From Bacteroidales bacterium (GTDB taxonomy: Bacteria > Bacteroidota > Bacteroidia > Bacteroidales > F082), in assembly GCA_045606865.1 (NCBI GenBank), contig JAZUST010000145.1:9359-73358 (forward strand): a DNA stretch of 64,000 bases. Reading direction: 5' to 3'. Positions 53,249 to 62,519 of this stretch are shown here, in pieces; positions within the stretch are counted from its first letter, which is position 1; each line of letters begins with the position of its first letter. A program made the translations under genes and the position numbers. The notes beneath the pieces were generated by a model that had not been told where the DNA came from, did not search any database, and was given only the letters and a program-made list of their open reading frames with translations.

Positions 53249-53560
53249 TTATTCTCTATCGGATTTGTTCAAACTCTCCAAATATTCATCCATTGTTATT
53301 TGATGATATTTTTCTTCAGATTGGTTTTCTAAGTCGTCTTTTGATAACCAAACACCTTTATCCAAATTTTCTTTTACATACTCTTCTTTTATTTCATAAA
53401 TATCGGACTTACAACCATTACAAACGCAGTAAATTTTCTCTTTAGTCTTATCATATTCAAGGTGGTAACAGTTGCTTCCACATCCACATGGGTTGTTTTC
53501 TTTGCCATAGTAACACCACGGGTTCTTACTTTCTATATATCTTTGTGTCAATCTTTTCAA
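53249..53560 (-). CDS. hypothetical Cys-rich protein
   Basis: 103 aa. ...NPCGCGSNCYH...YCVCNGCKS.... Confidence 0.65.
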   Translation of the reverse strand: MKRLTQRYIESKNPWCYYGKENNPCGCGSNCYHLEYDKTKEKIYCVCNGCKSDIYEIKEEYVKENLDKGVWLSKDDLENQSEEKYHQITMDEYLESLNKSDRE

Positions 53561-53604
53561 TGCAACACCTCCAAATTTGCCGATAAAAGTATAGATTTAT
53601 CTGG

Positions 53605-53796
53605 TTATACAATAATTTCTAATTCTACATCCTCTGGAACAGTCACTACTAAATATAAATTGCCTACCTGTTTTTTAACATTTTCATGTAGTTTTATTGC
53701 ATCCTTTTCTGTATAACCCTCTGGTGTAGTCACCTTTAAAATCTGAGGGTTTTCCTGCATTGGAAAGCTTGTATATGTTGAATCTTCAAATCCCAT
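53605..53796 (-). CDS. hypothetical small protein
   Basis: ATG after AAAGGAGAATAATAAA. 63 aa. Confidence 0.6.
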   Translation of the reverse strand: MGFEDSTYTSFPMQENPQILKVTTPEGYTEKDAIKLHENVKKQVGNLYLVVTVPEDVELEIIV

Positions 53797-53830
53797 TTTA
53801 TTATTCTCCTTTCACCTTAAAACAAAAATT

Positions 53831-55177
53831 TCATCGTGGTAACCATTTGTCTGCCAGTTTTAACAGTTCTACTTTATTATTCTCTACCTCATCAGCGATA
53901 ACACAATCAAGTAAACCTCGTAAAGCGGCACCTAATGCTCTGCCGGGGTTATAACCGATATTAATTAGGTCTTGTCCATTAACAGCCAAATCCTTTAGAG
54001 AAAAACACTCTTGCTCTTTCAAAACTTCATCTATAAGAGACTCAATTTCGTGCAACTCTCCAATTCTTTCGTTGGAACGTTCCAAGTTCTGAGCTTTATT
54101 GTCTGCCTCTTTTAGTTTAAGTAACCGTCTAAACTGTTCTTCACCAATCTTATTAAGCCATTTCTTGACATATTTCTTACCAACTGAGAATGTAGCATCG
54201 TGATATTGCACCAACTCAACAACCTTGCTTCTTGTATCGTTATCAAATCTCAGGCGTTTCATAATGTTGTCAGTCATTTCAGCACTGACTTTTGCATGAC
54301 TCTTGAAATGTCTAATGCCATCTTCTACATCCTGATAGGAATGAGGCTTTCCGAAATCGTGAAAGAACACTGCAAGTCTTGTAATTAAATCCTTTGAATA
54401 ACATTCGGCAACGGCATGTACTGTATGGTCAAAAACATTGTAAATGTGCCAAGGGTTATTTTGAGGAAAATCAATCATGTCTTTTAATTCGGGGATAAAT
54501 AAAGAGAATACATCTTTGTAAAGCAAGAGTTCTACACAAAAGTTATCAAACGATGCAATTTTACAAAACTCACTATTGATTCTCTCTACTGATATATTCT
54601 CCAAATTTTTATAGAGTTGATGGATTTGCCAATCTGTTTCCGGTTCAATGCTAAATTCAAGCTGAGAAGCAAATCGAATTGCTCTTAAGATTCTTAAAGC
54701 ATCCTCATTAAATCGCTCTTTTGCAGAGCCGACACACTGTATCTTTCCACATTCAATATCTTCAACTCCATTAAACGGATCAACCAAGCCTTGTGTATCG
54801 TTGTACGCCATTGCATTTATAGTGAAGTCCCTGCGCTTTAAATCTTCGATAAGATTATCTGTAAAGGTTACACTGTCTGGTCTTCGATTATCTGAATAAT
54901 CTCCGTCTATTCTATAAGTCGTAATTTCATATGGGATTTTATCAACTACCACCGTAATAGTCCCGTGTTGTAATCCGGTTTCAATTACTCTTCTCCCCTT
55001 GAAAACTTCAAGCATTTGTTCAGGAGTGGCAGATGTACATATATCCCAGTCATGTGGTTCTCTGCCTAATATACTATCCCGGACACAACCACCTACAACA
55101 TAAGCTGAATATCCGTTGTCCTGAAGGGTGTGAATGAGAAGATTGGCTCCGTCAGGAATATTAATATTAAACTTCAC
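53831..55177 (-). CDS. cca: CCA-adding tRNA nucleotidyltransferase (with HD domain)
   Basis: ...YVVGGCVRDSILGREPHDWDICT..., ...RRDFTINAMAY..., ...ED.LRILRAIRF..., HD ...HTVHAV...LAVFFHDFGKP.... Confidence 0.9.
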   Translation of the reverse strand: MKFNINIPDGANLLIHTLQDNGYSAYVVGGCVRDSILGREPHDWDICTSATPEQMLEVFKGRRVIETGLQHGTITVVVDKIPYEITTYRIDGDYSDNRRPDSVTFTDNLIEDLKRRDFTINAMAYNDTQGLVDPFNGVEDIECGKIQCVGSAKERFNEDALRILRAIRFASQLEFSIEPETDWQIHQLYKNLENISVERINSEFCKIASFDNFCVELLLYKDVFSLFIPELKDMIDFPQNNPWHIYNVFDHTVHAVAECYSKDLITRLAVFFHDFGKPHSYQDVEDGIRHFKSHAKVSAEMTDNIMKRLRFDNDTRSKVVELVQYHDATFSVGKKYVKKWLNKIGEEQFRRLLKLKEADNKAQNLERSNERIGELHEIESLIDEVLKEQECFSLKDLAVNGQDLINIGYNPGRALGAALRGLLDCVIADEVENNKVELLKLADKWLPR

Positions 55178-56195
55178 CTTTTACCACCCTCTCATTAACA
55201 CTCATCACAAATTCATTGATAGCCTTATAGTCAGGATTCTCTTTTAAAGATGTATTTGCTTTCGCATATTCAAGTTTCTTCTCAAACTCATCTACCATTT
55301 CAAAAAACTCTGGAATAGGCTGCCTATTATCGTCCAAGAACTCTCCATTTCGGATACTCATAAGAAAATCGTGTTCTTTTTCTCTATAAGTAACGATTTC
55401 TTCTCGTTCCAAGATGTCAAGACACATAATATAAAGTCGAATAAGATGCATCATATGTTTTGCAAGTTTTCCATGCTCGATAGCATTCTGGTTTCTCTTG
55501 CCCATCTTTGAATAATCTTTAACAACATTATTCATTTCTGACCACATAGATTTGTAGTCACGAAGCGGGTAGTGATGTAAATTTATATCCATAAAGATTT
55601 CAGTATCATACCCTTCTTGAACTGCTTTATCAACATACAACTTAATGGCATCATCTTCAAATTCAAAATATCTGCGTTTATAATCGTGCATGGCATTTTG
55701 AATACTACCGAGAATATGTTTCTCCTGTTGGGATTGGTCTATAAGTCGAGCCGCCTTGTTGTCAAGTCGTCTTAACTGTGCGGTTGCATACCCACCAAAA
55801 GAATGTGCTGCTCTTCTTGATAAGAATAATTTTCTTTTATCAAGTAACTCCTGACCTATTGGCGATAAAAACAAGTAGTGTTCAGGCTTTAATCCTAAAA
55901 TCTCAATCGTATTTGGATTACAGTTACTTAACAAGGAGATGAGCTTGTTGAATGAATAGATTGTTGTATCAGTTTCTTCGTTTACAAACTGCTCAAAATT
56001 CTCATTAGTAAGGATTTCATTCTTACGATTTAATGCGCAACCACGAATATCTAAGTCAGATGTTTCAGTATTTGTGCCATATGCATGAGAACCACCCAAC
56101 CCAAGAAGGATAATATTCTTGCCTAAATGCTCATTTTTCTCTAAAAACCCGTATTCTGGCTTCTTAATTTCCGCTTTGATTTCAGAAATATTCAT
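55167..56195 (-). CDS. RlaP-type (pol-beta superfamily) nucleotidyltransferase
   Basis: ATG 56195 after GGAGGTGA. ...LLGLGGSHAYGTNTETSDLDIRG... is the RlaP/PF10127-type signature. Overlaps the cca start by 11 nt. Confidence 0.75.
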   Translation of the reverse strand: MNISEIKAEIKKPEYGFLEKNEHLGKNIILLGLGGSHAYGTNTETSDLDIRGCALNRKNEILTNENFEQFVNEETDTTIYSFNKLISLLSNCNPNTIEILGLKPEHYLFLSPIGQELLDKRKLFLSRRAAHSFGGYATAQLRRLDNKAARLIDQSQQEKHILGSIQNAMHDYKRRYFEFEDDAIKLYVDKAVQEGYDTEIFMDINLHHYPLRDYKSMWSEMNNVVKDYSKMGKRNQNAIEHGKLAKHMMHLIRLYIMCLDILEREEIVTYREKEHDFLMSIRNGEFLDDNRQPIPEFFEMVDEFEKKLEYAKANTSLKENPDYKAINEFVMSVNERVVKGEV

Positions 56196-56242
56196 CAAAT
56201 CACCTCCGTTTTGTCAATGAAATGTTGCTTTCATCAGGATTT

Positions 56243-56998
56243 TTATTCTAACCACTTATTATCTAAGTAATAAAAACCTACTACGCAACCTACAATTAAG
56301 ATAATCCAGAAAAACCAAAAGACAATTAAGCCGCCAATTCCGCTTTCAAGATACTCAGTCGCTTCTTCAATGGTCATATCGTTATAAAACTTAGTATCTT
56401 TTGAAATTGTTTTGTCTTTTAGACTAGTGAAAATAGTTCCCGTGTAGCTCGTCCCGCTACCATAATATAAATAACGAATGTCGCTATCCCACTTGTCATA
56501 AACTGTCTTAATGTAATTTCTGTGTGGACTATATATCTGCCCATAGTTAAATTCAATATCCAAAAACGTGACCTTTTTGCAAGATAACGATTCATTTCTG
56601 ATATTATCCCACGTGTAGTAAACTTCTTCATGCGAACCGGTTATATTGCCTTCGTCGTCATATTCATAAACCGTTCTTGTATGTCTTGTATATTCTTCCG
56701 TTTCTTTCTTAACAGACATATACTCTCCACCAATTTCAGGATATGTGACTGTATCAACTGCCTTCAGTTCGCCATGCACAAAAGCGTTGCCTACATTGGT
56801 ATCCATACCATATTGGAACAAATCTTTGCTTTCAATCTTAACTGCTTTGTTGTAGATTTCGTTCTTGTCCATTTGGTGTTCTGAAATCTTGCCGTGAATC
56901 AAAACGCCAAACAATAACATAATGGCTATAATAGAAATACTTGCAATAATTTCTCTTACTGTGATTTCAAAATCACCTATGTAAAACTTCTTCCTCAT
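56243..56998 (-). CDS. two-TM membrane protein, GIDE-like (tentative)
   Basis: N-terminal TM (IIASISIIAIMLLFGVLI) and C-terminal TM (GGLIVFWFFWIILIVGCVVGFY) flank a ~190-aa domain. Sits next to LemA, as bacterial GIDE-domain proteins do. Confidence 0.75.
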   Translation of the reverse strand: MRKKFYIGDFEITVREIIASISIIAIMLLFGVLIHGKISEHQMDKNEIYNKAVKIESKDLFQYGMDTNVGNAFVHGELKAVDTVTYPEIGGEYMSVKKETEEYTRHTRTVYEYDDEGNITGSHEEVYYTWDNIRNESLSCKKVTFLDIEFNYGQIYSPHRNYIKTVYDKWDSDIRYLYYGSGTSYTGTIFTSLKDKTISKDTKFYNDMTIEEATEYLESGIGGLIVFWFFWIILIVGCVVGFYYLDNKWLE

Positions 56999-57000
56999 TA

Positions 57001-57543
57001 TTATTCTCCAAACAAATTCTGTGGAGCATCAACAGGTGCGTTATAATCGAGATATTTATATTCCTGTGTTTCGTAACCGAGCATGCTCAAGAACATTCTT
57101 GTCGGGAACTTACGCACATATCTGTTGTATTCTTTAATCTGTTTGTTGTAGTTGCTACGATATTCAGCAATAAGGTTTTCGGTCATAGCAAGTTCATTCA
57201 TTAACTGTTTGTAGTTCTCATTTGATTTAAGTTCCGGGTAAGCTTCAGATACGGCAGTAATAGCAGTTGTTACATTTTCAATATCGCCCGATGAACCACG
57301 ACCTTCAGCAATGGCTGCAAGTGTCTCCGCCTCATGCTTATCATACTGCTTTACACAGTCTGCAAGGTTGTAAACCAAGTCAACTCTTCTCTTTTCCTGA
57401 ACTTTAATATCGGACTGAGCCGTATTAACCTGTTCTTCAAGTGCAAATGCTTTATTCTGTGAACCCTGAACTGCAAAAACACAGAGTAGAATCACCGCCA
57501 AAACACCTGCTACAATAATTACTGGTAACTTCCAATTCTTCAT
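57001..57543 (-). CDS. lemA: LemA-family protein
   Basis: N-terminal TM, then ...VNTAQSDIKVQEKRRVDLVYNLADCVKQYDKHEAETL..., ...YPELKSNENYKQLMNELAMTENLIAEYRSNYN...YNRYVRKFPT.... Confidence 0.85.
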   Translation of the reverse strand: MKNWKLPVIIVAGVLAVILLCVFAVQGSQNKAFALEEQVNTAQSDIKVQEKRRVDLVYNLADCVKQYDKHEAETLAAIAEGRGSSGDIENVTTAITAVSEAYPELKSNENYKQLMNELAMTENLIAEYRSNYNKQIKEYNRYVRKFPTRMFLSMLGYETQEYKYLDYNAPVDAPQNLFGE

Positions 57544-57558
57544 AAAATTCCTCCTATT

Positions 57559-57993
57559 TTATTTACCGAAATACAACCACCATTTCCAAGTAGATAGGTT
57601 GATTTTCTTTTCTTTTAAATCTTTGATTGTTTTGTTGTTGCTTGTGTAAACCTCTACCTGAGACTTAACAAGTTCATCTGCCTTTAATTCGGGATAAAGC
57701 GAAACAAGAGTGACACTACTTTCCCCTTTTAATTCTTCAAAAGTTTCTGATTCGTAATCCATGTATTTCTCAACAAGAATATCCATCTGAGTTTCTATAT
57801 TTTTATTCTCTTCTTGATACATTTCAATTTTAGAATCAATCACTCTACCATTAACCACTTTAAATCCGCTTATGACTGTTACGAGTAAAAATATAAGACA
57901 TACTATTCCCGGAACAAACGCCAAATCCTCGTCTACCATACAAGAAAAAATAATTGTAATGATGAAAAATACTATAAATAATAATAACGCCAT
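57559..57993 (-). CDS. membrane protein (two N-terminal TM helices)
   Basis: MALLLFIVFFIITIIFSCMV...VPGIVCLIFLLVTVISGF.... 144 aa. Confidence 0.75.
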   Translation of the reverse strand: MALLLFIVFFIITIIFSCMVDEDLAFVPGIVCLIFLLVTVISGFKVVNGRVIDSKIEMYQEENKNIETQMDILVEKYMDYESETFEELKGESSVTLVSLYPELKADELVKSQVEVYTSNNKTIKDLKEKKINLSTWKWWLYFGK

Positions 57994-58028
57994 TTTATCA
58001 CCTCACTTTTCACTTTAAAACGTTGGTT

Positions 58029-58265
58029 TTATAGTGATTTTGACACCTTAGAAACGGCTTTGTTAAGCCATTCTTTGAATTTAAGTTTTTTGTTTTCTTT
58101 GATTTTATAATTCACATGGATTTTATCTTCTAAAGTTCCTCCATCGAGAAGTTCTTTAACTTCTTTTCTGGTGTTTTCATCGAGGTTTAATAACCCCGCC
58201 CAAATAATTCTATCAAAGAATGCCGTTTCAACTCTTGTGTCACAGCGACAAGTTACTTTTATCAT
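58029..58265 (-). CDS. hypothetical protein
   Basis: 78 aa. ATG after AAAGAGGTAATTCA. TAA stop. Confidence 0.6.
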   Translation of the reverse strand: MIKVTCRCDTRVETAFFDRIIWAGLLNLDENTRKEVKELLDGGTLEDKIHVNYKIKENKKLKFKEWLNKAVSKVSKSL

Positions 58266-58280
58266 TGAATTACCTCTTTT

Positions 58281-58454
58281 TTATCCTAAATGTCCATCGC
58301 TATCATCAAATGGTCTTTTCATTCCTCTTGTAAAAGTATGAAAAGCCTTTCCGTCAATACGAATCGCTACAGGCGTTCTTCTCATTAATTTTGTCTTCGG
58401 GATTGTTTCGTAGAAATCTTTCATTCTACGTCCCAACTCATCATTTACGGGCAT
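58281..58454 (-). pseudogene. Thg1-like (tRNA-His guanylyltransferase family) N-terminal fragment, 57 codons
   Basis: GGAGGAG SD + ATG 58454. MPVNDELGRRMKDFYE...LMRRTPVAIRIDGKAFHTFTRGMKRPFDD... matches the Thg1/TLP N-terminus including the R.DG Asp. It stops at TAA 58281, before the second catalytic region. Confidence 0.55.
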
Positions 58455-58499
58455 ATTTACTCCTCCTTTTGTTTAAAATTTGCAAATAAAATAAGAATT

Positions 58500-58805
58500 T
58501 TACAACGTTTTCTGCCAAATATTTTTAATATGTATAACCTTAAGATTTTCATATTTTTTAAGAACTTCACTTTTTGTTAACATCCTTATAGAATTATTCT
58601 CTGTTTTTGATGTATCATAATACTGAATCATACCTATTTTGCCACATAACTCACAATAAGTTCCCTGATGTGCTGTATCACCCTCTTCACATATAAAAAC
58701 ACAATCTACATATTGATGTTTATGATCAGCTTTATATTTAGATTTTGATAAGTTTGATGATTTTTTCTTCTTATACTTTGGTATTTCATCATTAAATAAC
58801 TTCAT
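58500..58805 (-). CDS. hypothetical protein
   Basis: 101 aa. ...HKHQYVDCVFICEEGDTAHQGTYCELCGK.... Confidence 0.65.
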   Translation of the reverse strand: MKLFNDEIPKYKKKKSSNLSKSKYKADHKHQYVDCVFICEEGDTAHQGTYCELCGKIGMIQYYDTSKTENNSIRMLTKSEVLKKYENLKVIHIKNIWQKTL

Positions 58806-58814
58806 ATGCCCTCC

Positions 58815-59516
58815 TTATATTTCAAAATTTTCAAGCGAATCAATGCCATTTTCAAACAAATCAACCAAAACTCTTGGTACATACTTTCTGTTACGAATTG
58901 TGCTAATCGTTTCACAAACATCCTTGATATGTGAGTTAATATCTATGTGATGTTGATTTATCCTCTTTAATATATCAAGCTGCGTTTTAACAGAACGTCG
59001 TTCAAGTAAAATTCTACTTTCCAGTTTATCTCGTTTGTAGGCATCAACAGTGCCAAGTTTTCTCTTAAGATGATAATGTTTTAAATCTTCAAAAGCACAA
59101 TCTAAAACCTGTAATCTATCTCGCAAATCTTCTTCCGCTTTTTTAGATTTTTCCAATACGTTTCTCACGTTTTCAAAAGCCTTAACTATTTCTTGAATGT
59201 TGCTATCTTCATCAAAAACATACAAATCAAGTTCATAACCCTTATTTTTGTCAATTATAACTGTATTTTCTGCTCTCTTTTGTGACTTCTCTGAATGAGA
59301 AAGTGTTTGCTTTTCTAAAACATCATCTTTAAGTTTTGCTACATAAAAATTTGCACGCCACGCTCTCGGTACTGAATTGTCCAAAACTGCCTTTGCTACT
59401 TGTGGTTTGTCCCATGCATCAGCTACAGTTATATTACTAACCTTACTGAACTGTCCATTAATTGATTGTTTGACAAAGTTATTTCCATCAGTTATGTAAT
59501 ATTCAGCCTTTTTCAT
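58815..59516 (-). CDS. hypothetical protein (coiled-coil C-terminal half)
   Basis: 233 aa. Start shares a base with the upstream stop (TAATG-type coupling). Confidence 0.75.
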   Translation of the reverse strand: MKKAEYYITDGNNFVKQSINGQFSKVSNITVADAWDKPQVAKAVLDNSVPRAWRANFYVAKLKDDVLEKQTLSHSEKSQKRAENTVIIDKNKGYELDLYVFDEDSNIQEIVKAFENVRNVLEKSKKAEEDLRDRLQVLDCAFEDLKHYHLKRKLGTVDAYKRDKLESRILLERRSVKTQLDILKRINQHHIDINSHIKDVCETISTIRNRKYVPRVLVDLFENGIDSLENFEI

Positions 59517-60349
59517 TAAATCACAACCTTTGCTCTTCTGTTACGAACAGGTCTATTTGCTTCATCCTCATATAGATAAGAAATTTCCTTTGCTATATGA
59601 TAACAAGCAGAATCGGCACGTCCGGGGCGAAGCATGTCACACTTTACATAGTTATTTGCTTGAGCAATAAGAATATTTGGCATAACTTTTTCCAAAGCCT
59701 TAGTCAAAATCATTTCGTCTGCATTTGGATTTTCTTCTAAAAAGGTTGATAAACCTGTAATGATAGCACTTGAAAGAGAATTTTTATCACCGTACCAAGC
59801 ATTTCTCAAAATTCTAAGTACAGTTTCTACTCTTTCCATGCCAAACATTTTTTGCATTTTAACAAACTTACTAACAGCACCTATAAGATTGTCGTCTTTA
59901 GTGCCATTATTCTTGTTGTAATCAAAGCGGTATTTTCTAAACATAGCAACTAATTCAATTGCTTCCTTATCTTTCTCTTCCACTCTACCATGAAATACTT
60001 GGTTTGCAGTAAGCTGAGTCCTTCCTGTATTAAGAAGTACAAAACGATAGCATTCTTCCTCATATGTTAATCCCGTTAAAACCTGACAAAGCATTTCTTT
60101 AAATCCAAGTTTTTTTAGAGCTTCAATTCTATGTTGTGCATCAATACCCCAAAAGTCCCCACCTCTAAAACTTACCAAACCGACACCTATAATATCAGGA
60201 ACAAAGTTTTTAATCATCTTGTTGACCTTAGACGGCTTAACCTCTCTTTGATATTCTGCAAATTTAATATTCTTAAGCGGTATTCTTTTTAATTCCAGTT
60301 CAGGCAACCTTAATATCGCTCCTTTTGATTCGTTTCTATTAAATAACAT
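59516..60349 (-). CDS. ParB/Srx-fold (ParB N-terminal-like) domain protein
   Basis: ...LKRIPLKNIKFAEYQREVKPSKVNKM...FWGIDAQHRIEALKKLG... (the D.QHR ParB-type motif). 277 aa. Overlaps the upstream gene by 11 nt. Confidence 0.75.
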   Translation of the reverse strand: MLFNRNESKGAILRLPELELKRIPLKNIKFAEYQREVKPSKVNKMIKNFVPDIIGVGLVSFRGGDFWGIDAQHRIEALKKLGFKEMLCQVLTGLTYEEECYRFVLLNTGRTQLTANQVFHGRVEEKDKEAIELVAMFRKYRFDYNKNNGTKDDNLIGAVSKFVKMQKMFGMERVETVLRILRNAWYGDKNSLSSAIITGLSTFLEENPNADEMILTKALEKVMPNILIAQANNYVKCDMLRPGRADSACYHIAKEISYLYEDEANRPVRNRRAKVVI

Positions 60350-61916
60350 TATTATCTACTCCTTTGTTAATAAAATTTTTTATACTTTGAATAATCTCAT
60401 TTTGTTTTAAAATTATTGTACTATTAGAATTAAAATCATTAGCGTCATCACTATCAATTTCAACAAAAGCAGATTCTTTAAATGATGTAAACCAGTCATC
60501 TACATCAATTTTGATTTCATTCGCATCAATATACTTAATAGCATACATATATAATGGAAGATTTATCTCATTCTCGTCTATTCCATTATCGATAACTATG
60601 GATTTATAATATTTGCAATCCTCAATTAATTTGTTGTCTCCATGTTTTTTAAGCCAATCATCCATTTTTAACAAAGTTTCTGTGTCAAAGTTACAATAAG
60701 GGCAATCAGATATGAGCATAAGTGATTGATAGGCGACTTCATCTGATACAAATTCTTGCGCCAAATCTTCAAACTCCTCGTCAGTAATACCTTGTGCTGA
60801 TTCTAAATCTTGTATTGATATTTGAAAATACTCACACATAAGTTTGCTTAAGTGTTCTACTCTTGCAATGACGATATTTTTATCTTTTGTGGATTTATCT
60901 TCCATCAGTTCATCAAAAGACTTTCCTTCTATTTGCTTTTCGTGTAATTCTTCTCTAAACGAGGTTAAAAAATCATTGAAATAGCAATCTTCAATATTAG
61001 AATTAATAAACCTTGAAAATAATGTTATAAATAAGAATGCATTTTTCTTATTCTTCTTAACAAATAGGGCAATATTATCCTCATCAACACAAGCTTCAAG
61101 TCTGTTTATCATTTCTTCATAAGCAGTAAAATCGTCCGCTACAGCATTATCACGAATATAGTCGCAGGTCTTATCGTAGTTACCATTATATTTGTCAAAG
61201 AATTTTCCAAGCATTAAAGACTCAGTAATCACTCTATTAATTGAACCACTATTAATATCTGAAACAGTGTAGTTATCCTCAAAGAAAGGAAGTGTTGCAA
61301 TACTCTTTACAAGTCTTGCATATCTTTCCCCAAGTCTTATGATGCCCTTTTCTTCTTTATTTGCAGGTTTACCTTCGTTGTAACGGAGAATATGATAAGC
61401 AATATCCTCAGAGGAGCAGTTGATATATTGTACAATCTTAAAGGCATAATCAAGAAACCTTTCCTGAAGTTCTTCTGGTAACTGGCAAAACTTTTTACCT
61501 CTTATGTCAAATTCTCTTTTCTCATAAAGCGGAAATCCTTCATCGTCAATAGAAATTTCTCCATTCTCATCCAAGATAGGAGTATGATATGTAATCATAT
61601 ATCTTCTTATGGCACGACTTATTTTGTCATGTTTTTGGACACCTTTATAATACATATATAAATTGGTGCATCTTTGCTTTCCGTCTAAGTCCCATATAAT
61701 CGGAATGCCATTAACAACCTGTTCTGCAAAGACAAGTTCAGGAATTGGATTTCCCTGCAAGACATCGGAGATTAAGTTTCCAACCATTACCCCGTTCCAT
61801 CTTTCAGATTCTCTCTGTAACGGATGATCAAAACATATTGTTTTTTTATCCATTTTCTTTATAATAGAACCAACACTAAGTTTAATATCTTTACTTTTTT
61901 CCATCGTTTGTGCCAT
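60339..61916 (-). CDS. DUF262-domain protein (ParB-like NTPase fold) without a recognisable DUF1524/HNH nuclease
   Basis: ...FDHPLQRESERWNGVMVGNLISDVLQGNPIPELVF...IWDLDGKQRCTNL... is the DUF262 signature. 525 aa. No H..H/N nuclease motif seen in the C-terminal half. Confidence 0.8.
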   Translation of the reverse strand: MAQTMEKSKDIKLSVGSIIKKMDKKTICFDHPLQRESERWNGVMVGNLISDVLQGNPIPELVFAEQVVNGIPIIWDLDGKQRCTNLYMYYKGVQKHDKISRAIRRYMITYHTPILDENGEISIDDEGFPLYEKREFDIRGKKFCQLPEELQERFLDYAFKIVQYINCSSEDIAYHILRYNEGKPANKEEKGIIRLGERYARLVKSIATLPFFEDNYTVSDINSGSINRVITESLMLGKFFDKYNGNYDKTCDYIRDNAVADDFTAYEEMINRLEACVDEDNIALFVKKNKKNAFLFITLFSRFINSNIEDCYFNDFLTSFREELHEKQIEGKSFDELMEDKSTKDKNIVIARVEHLSKLMCEYFQISIQDLESAQGITDEEFEDLAQEFVSDEVAYQSLMLISDCPYCNFDTETLLKMDDWLKKHGDNKLIEDCKYYKSIVIDNGIDENEINLPLYMYAIKYIDANEIKIDVDDWFTSFKESAFVEIDSDDANDFNSNSTIILKQNEIIQSIKNFINKGVDNNVI

Positions 61917-62518
61917 TATAATTTACCTTCCCTTCCTTGACATAAAATTGCTATGTTTTTATAAGACTTAATTTTTTGAAACTGTGACTGATATCTTTGA
62001 TTGCTAATACCTAAAATTCTCTGTATCTCTATGGGAGTATAATCTTGCATTATAAGTATTGCAATCTCTTGTTGTTTTTTAGTTAGCTGCGAAAAAAAGA
62101 TTTGAAATTCGTCACTAAAACTATCTTGTATCGAAAGAATGTTTTCTAATAAGTCATTTTTATCAACAAGAGTGTCAGCGATTTCGTACCCGTTTTTCTC
62201 ATCAACTATAAAATTAATTGATATTTCCGGAATTGGATTTCCTTCTTTATCCTTTTGCTTTCGTTTACATCTATTACAATATGTAATCCTTGATTTGAAT
62301 TTCTTAATTAGACAAGAAACAAAATACGTTTTGAATTTAGTTTCCTTACTTTTATCAAAGTTTTTTTCACACATCCATAAAGTTTGTCCTGCTATAGAGT
62401 AAAAGTCATCGTAATCTTTTTCGGGTATCCAACCAAATTTATTTTTTATAATTTGATTGGTTAATGAAATTAGTCTTCTACAATTATTCTGACAATAATA
62501 ATCAACATATTTTCCCAC
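61916..62518 (-). CDS. sigma-70-family (ECF-like) sigma factor candidate
   Basis: Region-2-like ...DYDDFYSIAGQTLWMC...FKTYFVSCLIKKFKSRI... and region-4 HTH ...LTKKQQEIAILIMQDYTPIEIQRILGISNQRYQSQFQKI.... Confidence 0.6.
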   Translation of the reverse strand: MGKYVDYYCQNNCRRLISLTNQIIKNKFGWIPEKDYDDFYSIAGQTLWMCEKNFDKSKETKFKTYFVSCLIKKFKSRITYCNRCKRKQKDKEGNPIPEISINFIVDEKNGYEIADTLVDKNDLLENILSIQDSFSDEFQIFFSQLTKKQQEIAILIMQDYTPIEIQRILGISNQRYQSQFQKIKSYKNIAILCQGREGKL

Positions 62519-62519
62519 T

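Noticed and set aside
730-62402. Many ORFs in the six-frame track lie antisense to, or nested within, long recognisable genes. Examples are 730..1035, 6188..6610, 13452..13825, 20350..20880, 26309..26722, 27299..27922, 31407..31721, 36146..36445, 49645..50073 and 62139..62402.
   Set aside because: They have no SD or start context and give low-complexity, Ser/Leu/Ile-rich translations typical of the reverse frames of AT-rich coding DNA. Each is fully covered by a gene with clear family motifs or operon context on the other strand.
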